Under the pieces are notes generated by a model. The model saw nothing but the letters and a program-made list of their open reading frames with translations. It had not been told where the DNA came from and did no database searches. Shown here one piece after another: positions 13,980-20,854 of a DNA stretch of 24,000 nt. The stretch covers positions 233,691 through 257,690 of the forward strand of contig NZ_MSJM01000001.1 in assembly GCF_001921845.1 (NCBI RefSeq), in the 5' to 3' direction. Both the position numbers and the translations under genes were made by a program. This stretch comes from Streptococcus cuniculi. GTDB lineage: Bacteria > Bacillota > Bacilli > Lactobacillales > Streptococcaceae. Numbering within the stretch: the stretch's first letter is position 1; each line of letters begins with the position of its first letter.

Positions 13980-15894
13980 TCAATGTTGTACAATATACTG
14001 AATAAACTGATCCCGATTATCGATGGATACCAAGGTACGAATACTGTCCTGATCTGAAATAATCCGAGCTAACCAGTCAAAAAAGATGGTCATAAATTCC
14101 CGATCTGCTTCATTCAAGGCTAACAACATCACCATTTCTACCCTACTACCACCCCATTCTATTGGATGATCCAAATGTGCGATTGAAATAACGGATTGCC
14201 GACTATTTAATACCAGAGGATGAGGAATCGCCAGAGAATAGTCAAAAGAAGTGGCCGAGCAGGCTTCCCTTTGCAAACACGACTCTAAAAAAGAATCATC
14301 CACAATCGAGTACCGCTTTAATTTATCCACCATCACGGTGATTGCTTCTGTAGCTGTCTCAACCTTTAATTGCGGATAAAAGAAGGTTTCGTCAATAAAT
14401 CGCCCAATCATCATGTTAAATTCAATATTGGCCTGACGCTTTTCTAACTCATTTAATAATTTAAAGAGACTCAACTCATCCTGAGCATTGAAGAAAGGGG
14501 TGATAACAAGGGTCTCAACTGGAAGTCGATGCTTTAAGGGCACACAACTGACAATCAAATCAGCATTTTTCTCCAGCACAACCGATTCTTCAAAATAAGG
14601 TAAGCTACTCACAATCTCAATACGATTTTGAAACCGATCGGTGATTTTTTCAACCACCAATTTTTTCAGATGGGGATTCAGTGCACCAACCAAAATGGCT
14701 TTTTGCTTTTTGGCATGGGAGTCTTTAGCATAACTAGCTCCCAAATGAAGAGCGATAAAACCCACTTCTTCTTCCGATAAGCTCATCCCAATCATTTGAG
14801 ATAAACGATTGGCAATACAAACTGCCATGTCAAATACCAGCGGATACTGGGACTTGATATTTTTCAGTAGCAAATTCGGAACGTGAATCTGATTCTCCAA
14901 ACGCTCTAGTACCCCCTGTAAATGGATACATAAACCATGAACAAATTCAAGATCTTCACCAAAGTCAATGCCCAGGCTGTCCTTTATGGCTTCCAAGGTT
15001 TCTTTGACAAAGAGTTCCAGTTGTTTTTGTTGCGAACTGGCCTGATAGACATCTCTTTCCCGATAGCCAATTAAGAGCCTTGCCATCATCTTTACTTCAC
15101 AGGGCGGAATGGTAATACCAAGGAGCTGGGACACTTCCTCTAAAAACTGCTGGGCTACCTGCCACTCTTTGCTGCTTTCGATTGTGTCGTCTTTTGTATC
15201 ATAATGCACGATTTGTCCCACCAGCATACGGTCGATCGAGATTCCAATATGGACCAGTAAGACAGGAATTAAGGTCTGCCTGACCGGATAATCTAAGCGC
15301 GCTAAGGTCGCATCAAATAGCTTGGATATTTCCAACATGTTAAAGTTGGGGTAGAGGGTCGCTAGGCGATTCAGATTGATAAATTCTCCTTGAATTTCAC
15401 TGGTCAATAAGTCACGGTACAATTTCCGTTTCGGATACTCCAGCCCCTCTAGCAATAAGGTGTCCTTCTTCTTTTTTTAAGGACAGACCCTTATAGCCTT
15501 TGATCATTTTCCTCAGTTGCAGAATGTCCAAATCCAAGGTGTAAGAACTAATAAACAGCTGTTCTTCTAACTTGCTTAAGCGAATCCCTGCTGGATTCAA
15601 GAGCAATTGTCGCAATAACCAGCCGATTCTTTCTTCTGGCTTTTCGGGAATGACATTCATATACTCTTGAGGCATCTGCTTCTGAAACACATAATATTTT
15701 TCCCTATCCAGCCAGTATCCCCTATGCGTATGGGATTGAATGACCCCTGGAACAATCGCATTCATTTCGCCAATATCTGTTCGCAAGGTACGACTCGAAA
15801 TCATTAAACGTTTAGATAACTCACTCCCTTTTACCCATTTGCTTGGATACTTTTGGTATAAGATAGTGAGAATTCGATAATATCTTTGTTTCAT
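13980..15894 (-). pseudogene. PRD-domain PTS regulator (HTH-PRD-PRD-EIIB-like-EIIA-like, LicR/MtlR type) split by a frameshift in an A7 tract
   Basis: Two overlapping ORFs, 15412..15939 (HTH part) and 13980..15455 (the rest). The second contains the PRD His motifs (VHGLCIHLQG, FIALHLGASY) and an EIIA-2-like LAIPHP. Removing one A from the A7 run (15472..15478) fuses them as ...GLSLKKKKDTLLLEGLEYPK..., about 637 aa. The true start is probably ATG 15894 (MKQRYYRILT). Confidence 0.8.
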
Positions 15895-15924
15895 GCGCTT
15901 TCTCCCACTCCTTACTATATTCTT

Positions 15925-15933
15925 ATTATAGCA
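15925..15933 (-). promoter_or_regulatory. Putative extended -10 promoter (TGCTATAAT) of the PTS/peptidase operon
   Basis: The minus strand reads TGCTATAAT about 30 nt upstream of ATG 15894. The -35 is weak. The palindrome TTTCCTAA-N3-TTAGGAAA (15963..15981) lies just upstream. Confidence 0.35.
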
Positions 15934-15998
15934 AATCATTTTTCCAATACTAGAGAATTGTCTTTCCTAAGTGTTAGGAAATCATGCTCCCTTTTCCT

Positions 15999-16937
15999 CT
16001 AACGTGCAGGCTTCATCATGCTTAAAAATTCTGCCATGGCCCTGCTGACATAGCGCCCTCTCTTCCAATAAGCATAGACATTCCTCCTTGCATAATCAGT
16101 CCCCACTTTATAGTAGATGACAGAATGAGAAGTTGGTAAACCCAAAATCAAGAGATTCCCAACAAAGGAAATGCCCATCCCAGAAGCTGTAATCATATAG
16201 GCTGTTAACTGTTGGTCGACTTCTAGCAGAACCTTGGGCTCAAATGCCGCTTGCCGGCAGATTTTTCGTGCCCGTCTGCCTGTATCATTATCCGCTTTTT
16301 GTAAAATAAAGGCCTCTTGCTGGAAAAGTTCTAACGGGATAATCGGTGCTTCCTCCACCTCAAATCGACTTCGAATTTGATTAAGCGAGAGTTGATACTC
16401 CACCAATTCTTGATTGATAGGATAATGCTCTGGAACAGCTAACAAGAGATACTCTTGAAAGAATAACTGACGTTCTACTACCCTATCGTCCAGCTCATCA
16501 TTATCAATCAGTACATCAATCTCTCCTTTCTGCAGTTTTTCTTCTAATTTTCCCGTACTAGCTTCTTCTAGGGTGAGGCAAATATTAGGGTACAGAGCCG
16601 AAAAACGAGCCATGATAGGCGGAAGAACCAAGGCGGAGAATAAACTCGTCCCGCCAATCGTCAAACTCCCCACATGAGCCTCTTGCCACTCGTTTAAATA
16701 ATCCGTAAACTCTTGTTCAACCGCCATTATCTCCTCAATCGCCGCGATGTATTTTGCGCCACATTCCGTTATAGATAAAGGCTTAGAACTACGATCAAAA
16801 ATTGGATAGCCAATTCGTTCTTCTATTTTCTTCACCGAAGCACTAAGGGCTGGCTGCGAAATAAACAATTGCTGCGCCGCCTTTGAAAAACTTCTGGCCT
16901 TGTACACCTGATAGACATAATGCATTCCTGAAAACAT
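15999..16937 (-). CDS. LysR-family transcriptional regulator
   Basis: The N-terminal wHTH region (YKARSFSKAAQQLFISQPALSASVKKIEERIGYPIFDRS) precedes a LysR substrate-binding domain of typical length. An AAGGAGG RBS lies 5 nt before ATG 16937. The gene is divergent from aspA. Confidence 0.88.
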   Translation of the reverse strand: MFSGMHYVYQVYKARSFSKAAQQLFISQPALSASVKKIEERIGYPIFDRSSKPLSITECGAKYIAAIEEIMAVEQEFTDYLNEWQEAHVGSLTIGGTSLFSALVLPPIMARFSALYPNICLTLEEASTGKLEEKLQKGEIDVLIDNDELDDRVVERQLFFQEYLLLAVPEHYPINQELVEYQLSLNQIRSRFEVEEAPIIPLELFQQEAFILQKADNDTGRRARKICRQAAFEPKVLLEVDQQLTAYMITASGMGISFVGNLLILGLPTSHSVIYYKVGTDYARRNVYAYWKRGRYVSRAMAEFLSMMKPAR

Positions 16938-16949
16938 CAAAACCTCCTT

Positions 16950-16965
16950 ATAAGCAAAACCTTAT
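16950..16965. promoter_or_regulatory. Inverted repeat ATAAG-N6-CTTAT, candidate LysR-type operator
   Basis: The repeat is centred about 65 nt upstream of the TSS predicted from the aspA promoter, the usual position of a LysR recognition site. It overlaps the lysR-family gene's own RBS region. Confidence 0.3.
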
Positions 16966-16988
16966 AGTTAATATATGAATATAGATAT

Positions 16989-17017
16989 TTGCTTATACAA
17001 TAGCATATTTCTATAAT
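16989..17017 (+). promoter_or_regulatory. Near-consensus sigma-A promoter for aspA (TTGCTT-17-TATAAT)
   Basis: TTGCTT at 16989..16994, an exact 17-nt spacer, and TATAAT at 17012..17017. This implies a 5' leader of about 250 nt before ATG 17277. Confidence 0.6.
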
Positions 17018-17076
17018 AAAGACAAGGAGATATGGGAGTAGGACTCAATCATGATTTCGAAGAAATCGATTTTGTA

Positions 17077-17180
17077 GTCCTCGCTCTCTAGTTTCTAAGC
17101 TCGGATATCAACAGTCACTCCCCTGACTGTCCTCGCTCTCTAGTTTCTGGGCTCGGGTATCAACAGTCCACTGGACTGTT
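17077..17180. repeat. Two tandem 52-bp repeats inside the aspA leader
   Basis: GTCCTCGCTCTCTAGTTTCT(A/G)(A/G)GCTCGG(A/G)TATCAACAGTC... starts at 17077 and again at 17129. Each copy ends in a short hairpin (CAGTCA..TGACTG and ACAGTCC..GGACTGT). Confidence 0.85.
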
Positions 17181-17276
17181 AATATATACGTCAACCTGTT
17201 AAAACTATGAAACGTAACGAGGCAAGTGACTTTTGTCCCAGCCTTATCCCATCATCCCACATCGGAGGCACATCGT

Positions 17277-18698
17277 ATGAACAAACTGCGGATCGAACAC
17301 GATTCGATTGGAACAAAAGAAATCGCCCACTCTTCTTACTATGGTATTCATAGCCTACGTGCAGCGGAGAATTTTCCTATTACAAAACAAGCAATCCACT
17401 CCCAGCTCATCAACAGTTTAGCTGTCATCAAACAAGCAGCTGCAATTACAAACTATGAGGCTGGTCTCTTGGAGGGAACAGTCAAAGATGCGATTGTTCA
17501 GGCAAGTCAAGATATTTTAGACGGCTTATTCCACGATCAATTTATCGTAGATCCTATTCAAGGAGGAGCAGGAACTTCCATGAATATGAATGCCAACGAG
17601 GTCATCTGCAACCGTGCACTTGAGCTATTAGGCAATAAAAAAGGAGAATATCACATTCTCCACCCCAACGATCATATCAATGCTGGTCAATCGACCAACG
17701 ATGTAATTCCTACCGCAGGAAAAATAGCCACCATCCAATTAATGCAACAACTCAAACAGACCTTGCACACCCTTATTCTGGCGTTAGAAGACAAGGCGAC
17801 TGAATTTTATCCTATCTTGAAAATGGGCAGGACCCAGCTACAAGATGCCGTTCCCATCCGCCTCGGTCAAGAATTTCATGCCTATGCCATTGCCGTAGAA
17901 CGCTGCACCAATCGGTTGGACAGCATTCTTCAAGAATTGTATACGGTCAATTTAGGAGGCACCGCCATTGGAACAGGCTTAAACGCAGATCTCTACTACT
18001 TCCACCACATTGTCCCCAACCTATCCCGCATTACGCATTTACCCCTACAGCAAGCTGAAGATTTAGTGGACGGTACTCAACATGTCGATGTCTTTGTCAT
18101 GGCTTCAAATGCAGTAAAGACTTGCGCCGTGACTCTCTCTAAAATTGCAAGCGACCTACGCCTCCTTTCATCTGGCCCCAAGACAGGATTTGGAGAAATT
18201 ACCCTACCTGCCAAGCAAAATGGATCATCTATTATGCCTGGAAAAGTCAATCCTGTCGTTCCAGAAGTCATCAATCAGATTGCCTTTAACATTATCGGAA
18301 ACGATGTGACCATTGGACTAGCAGCAGAAGCTGGCCAACTGGAACTTAATGCCTTTGAACCCATTATTTTCTATAAATTGCTAGAATCAATTGAAACATT
18401 AACAAATGGCATTAAAACCTTTACAGATAATTGTATTCGTGGAATCACAGCCAATGCCAAGCGTTGCAATCAGCTCGTCACTTCAAGCGTCGGTATCGTG
18501 ACAGCTCTATGCCCTTATATCGGTTATGGCCAAGCTGCTTCTCTCGTCAAAGAAGCAATGACTTCAGGAAAAACTATTGAGGAACTAGCTTTACATCATC
18601 AGCTCATCTCTCAAGAAGAACTCGCAATCATCCTAAATCCCATCCATATGACACAACCAGGCATCTCTGGAAAAGTTTATAAGTCGAATCTATCATGA
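17277..18698 (+). CDS. aspA: Aspartate ammonia-lyase
   Basis: It has the class-II fumarase/aspartase signature GSSIMPGKVNPVVPEV, where the VVPEV continuation is typical of aspartase. Other motifs are TNDVIPT and an N-terminal RIEHDSIGTKEI. The start at ATG 17277 (MNKLRIEHD) follows a GGAGG RBS. The tracked GTG at 17226 has no RBS. Confidence 0.85.
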   Translation: MNKLRIEHDSIGTKEIAHSSYYGIHSLRAAENFPITKQAIHSQLINSLAVIKQAAAITNYEAGLLEGTVKDAIVQASQDILDGLFHDQFIVDPIQGGAGTSMNMNANEVICNRALELLGNKKGEYHILHPNDHINAGQSTNDVIPTAGKIATIQLMQQLKQTLHTLILALEDKATEFYPILKMGRTQLQDAVPIRLGQEFHAYAIAVERCTNRLDSILQELYTVNLGGTAIGTGLNADLYYFHHIVPNLSRITHLPLQQAEDLVDGTQHVDVFVMASNAVKTCAVTLSKIASDLRLLSSGPKTGFGEITLPAKQNGSSIMPGKVNPVVPEVINQIAFNIIGNDVTIGLAAEAGQLELNAFEPIIFYKLLESIETLTNGIKTFTDNCIRGITANAKRCNQLVTSSVGIVTALCPYIGYGQAASLVKEAMTSGKTIEELALHHQLISQEELAIILNPIHMTQPGISGKVYKSNLS

Positions 18699-18704
18699 CC
18701 GAGC

Positions 18705-18747
18705 ATATGAAAACGGACCAAGCCAAGTGCTTGGTCCGTTTTCATAT
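18705..18747. terminator. Bidirectional terminator between aspA and the CRISPR array
   Basis: A perfect 19-bp stem, ATATGAAAACGGACCAAGC / GCTTGGTCCGTTTTCATAT, with the loop CAAGT. A/T runs flank it on both sides. Confidence 0.8.
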
Positions 18748-18753
18748 CATAAA

Positions 18754-18920
18754 ATTTCAGAAGCAACTCAAACTACACAACTCTAAAACGTTGGATGAGC
18801 TGGGGTATGATGCGGAATGTTTTGGAAGCAGTTGAATCAGCATAGCTCTAAAACACAGGGCTGATACCAGAGTTGAGAACAAGGATTTTGGAATCAGTTG
18901 AATCAGCACGGCTCTAAAAC
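18754..18920 (-). CRISPR. Type II-A CRISPR array: 3 x 36-nt repeats, 2 spacers (30 and 29 nt)
   Basis: Repeats in minus-strand sense are as follows. 18920..18885 is GTTTTAGAGCCGTGCTGATTCAACTGATTCCAAAAT. 18854..18819 is GTTTTAGAGCTATGCTGATTCAACTGCTTCCAAAAC. 18789..18754 is a degenerate terminal copy, GTTTTAGAGTTGTGTAGTTTGAGTTGCTTCTGAAAT. The spacers are at 18855..18884 and 18790..18818. The GTTTTAGAGCTATGCTG... start is typical of SpCas9-type repeats. Confidence 0.9.
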
Positions 18921-18994
18921 GTAGAAAAAAATTTTTCTGTTACATTTCGTAATTGCGCCATTCGTCTCAGCTGATTCCTTATGTTCGTATCTGA
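18921..18994 (-). promoter_or_regulatory. CRISPR leader
   Basis: A 74-nt AT-rich segment between the csn2 stop and the first repeat, which is the standard position in type II-A loci. Confidence 0.5.
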
Positions 18995-19660
18995 TTACAC
19001 CATATGCTCGGCAGTTAAAAAGTAATCTTGGTCGAGGATGTATTGGGGAAAATCGTATAATTTTCGTGGTTCTAAAAACAAGACGGTCTGATTCGATAAG
19101 CTAATATATTCTACCAATCGCGTCAGTTCCTTCCTTGTTAAATAGGCGCCACTATTGAAAAAGACAAGCAGACGTTTTTTCTGTAGATAGTTGTAGATTT
19201 GTAAAATTTCAAAACATTTTTCAAAAATAGTATCGCTTCTTGTCTCAATCTGAACCCCCAAAGCCTTGATTAGCTCTAAAATGGTAATCTCATCATATTC
19301 TAAATCTAATTCATTTTCCAAACATTCAAATGCAATTAAATCTGTGATCGTCGATGCCAACTTTTCAATCATGGATTTCACTTCAGGCTTTTCATTTAAC
19401 TGATTTTCTATTGTTGCATGGATTAATTTCAGTAGAGCTGGAGAATTGATATCATAGCCTAGAATATCTGTCACAAGCATCAGTTCATTTCCTGATAATG
19501 CCTTGTTTCTCTCATCAAAAATCTTCAAATCATGATTTTCAGGATACTGGTAAAAATTTCTAGTGATTGCCGCATAAAGCGCTGTATCCTCAACAGCTAG
19601 AATAGTCGGACTTTCAATAGAAAGAGCATCATCAAAAATAGGTAGATTAATCTTCACCAT
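18995..19660 (-). CDS. csn2: Type II-A adaptation protein Csn2
   Basis: 221-aa ORF immediately after cas2 in a cas9-cas1-cas2 operon. Its size and position match the S. pyogenes-type Csn2. Confidence 0.85.
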   Translation of the reverse strand: MVKINLPIFDDALSIESPTILAVEDTALYAAITRNFYQYPENHDLKIFDERNKALSGNELMLVTDILGYDINSPALLKLIHATIENQLNEKPEVKSMIEKLASTITDLIAFECLENELDLEYDEITILELIKALGVQIETRSDTIFEKCFEILQIYNYLQKKRLLVFFNSGAYLTRKELTRLVEYISLSNQTVLFLEPRKLYDFPQYILDQDYFLTAEHMV

Positions 19661-19991
19661 GATAGTCCTCCCCTAGAAAAACAATTCGATCCTCGGTATT
19701 TGCAATACTTGTATCCTTTTCACCATGCAGGTAAATCATCCTCGCAAACTGTTTTTCTGTTACTGTCAATAAAGTAATATGTCCCTTTTGTGGATTATTT
19801 TCTCTCAAACGCCCCAGCATCGCCTGGTTCGCTGTTCCGTTCAAGAGAAGTTTGCTATAAACTGAAAATTGATGCATGAGAAAGCCCTCACTCAGCAAAA
19901 ATTTTCGAAATTTACGATAGGCTTTTCGCTCGTCGGCTGTATCTGTTGGCATATCAAACATTAATATCATCCGCATATATCGATAACTCAT
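19647..19991 (-). CDS. cas2: CRISPR-associated endoribonuclease Cas2
   Basis: 114-aa [18 protein letters not shown]...[11 protein letters not shown]...GF.M.Q.SVY is typical of Cas2. It overlaps both cas1 and csn2. Confidence 0.9.
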   Translation of the reverse strand: MSYRYMRMILMFDMPTDTADERKAYRKFRKFLLSEGFLMHQFSVYSKLLLNGTANQAMLGRLRENNPQKGHITLLTVTEKQFARMIYLHGEKDTSIANTEDRIVFLGEDYHGED

Positions 19992-20854
19992 ATCCTAAAT
20001 TCAGGAACTCCTTTCCCTTCATTATTCAATGCTTTTACAACTTTCTTCGTATAATCACTGACAATATTGGAGAGATACATTTCTTTTCCCATATAGGCAT
20101 AGGTCTCTGAAAAGATAGAAAATAGCTCCCGCTTTATTTTTACAAATGAAGATGTCCGATTCGTATAAACTATTCGATCAATAATTGGTCGAAAGGGCTC
20201 CATGATATCGCTAGCAAAATTGAATTGGTTAAATTGATTGACGTGTTTTAGACCAAACTGGGTCATACAACCTGCTACAACCACCTCACGCGCAAACAAA
20301 CTCAACAATAAGGTATAGCCGTAATCAAGTGCTGCATTGATATCGTTATCCTCTTCCCTAGAAAAGCCATTTCCAAACAAGCGATTAAAGTAAATTCTCG
20401 CCGCATGCCCTTCTCGGTTAGTCGGATCAAAAACTTCCAACTCCCTATGCAAACGCATGAGTGACTCTGACTTCTCATAGAAACCATATTCTCCTAAAAC
20501 ATAACTCTGATTTAGAATTTTTTGAGAGATAATATCTGTCCACACGCTGGCCTTCATTTCTTCTAACCAAGCAACCTGTTTTGCCAATTGCAGACTCGAA
20601 TCATGCCGACCATAGTAAGGCATGAGCATGGATTTTGGCAAGCGTTTATCATCGCAAAAAATCACTAAGATATTCTCATCCACCAAACGCTTCATCAGCA
20701 TCGTCGAAAGCAAGATATCCGTCGTCTCAAGTAGCAAGATGTCAATCTCGGACAGATGAATCAACTCCGTCCGAGAGGCATCTTTAAAAATCAAGTGATT
20801 ATTCTTATAAGATAGTTTAGAGTGTGTATTGACTACTACGGTGCGCCAGCCCAT
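19988..20854 (-). CDS. cas1: CRISPR-associated integrase Cas1 (type II)
   Basis: 288-aa ORF. The sequence [23 protein letters not shown] ... [11 protein letters not shown] ... is typical of type II-A Cas1. The start overlaps the cas9 stop by 1 nt. Confidence 0.92.
   Translation of the reverse strand: MGWRTVVVNTHSKLSYKNNHLIFKDASRTELIHLSEIDILLLETTDILLSTMLMKRLVDENILVIFCDDKRLPKSMLMPYYGRHDSSLQLAKQVAWLEEMKASVWTDIISQKILNQSYVLGEYGFYEKSESLMRLHRELEVFDPTNREGHAARIYFNRLFGNGFSREEDNDINAALDYGYTLLLSLFAREVVVAGCMTQFGLKHVNQFNQFNFASDIMEPFRPIIDRIVYTNRTSSFVKIKRELFSIFSETYAYMGKEMYLSNIVSDYTKKVVKALNNEGKGVPEFRI

Noticed and set aside
15963-15981. Palindrome TTTCCTAA-N3-TTAGGAAA as the LysR-gene terminator or a cre site
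   Set aside because: No U-tract follows it on the minus strand, and it does not fit the cre consensus (no central CG). It may be an operator for the operon promoter, but I have no supporting evidence.
17032-17091. 19-codon uORF (MGVGLNHDFEEIDFVVLAL) in the aspA leader after AAGGAG
   Set aside because: The SD-to-ATG spacing is only 2 nt, and the ORF simply runs through repeat-derived sequence. There is no support for translation.
17226-17276. Upstream GTG start for aspA given in the ORF track
   Set aside because: It has no RBS. The ATG at 17277 follows GGAGG at the proper spacing and gives the canonical aspartase N-terminus.
18729-18747. tracrRNA nexus-like string GGTCCGTTTTCA (compare SpCas9 tracrRNA AGUCCGUUAUCA) next to the degenerate terminal repeat
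   Set aside because: It is one arm of a perfect 19-bp bidirectional terminator. No anti-repeat complementary to the crRNA repeat precedes it, and the order of elements is wrong for a tracrRNA. The tracrRNA is presumably upstream of cas9, outside the window.
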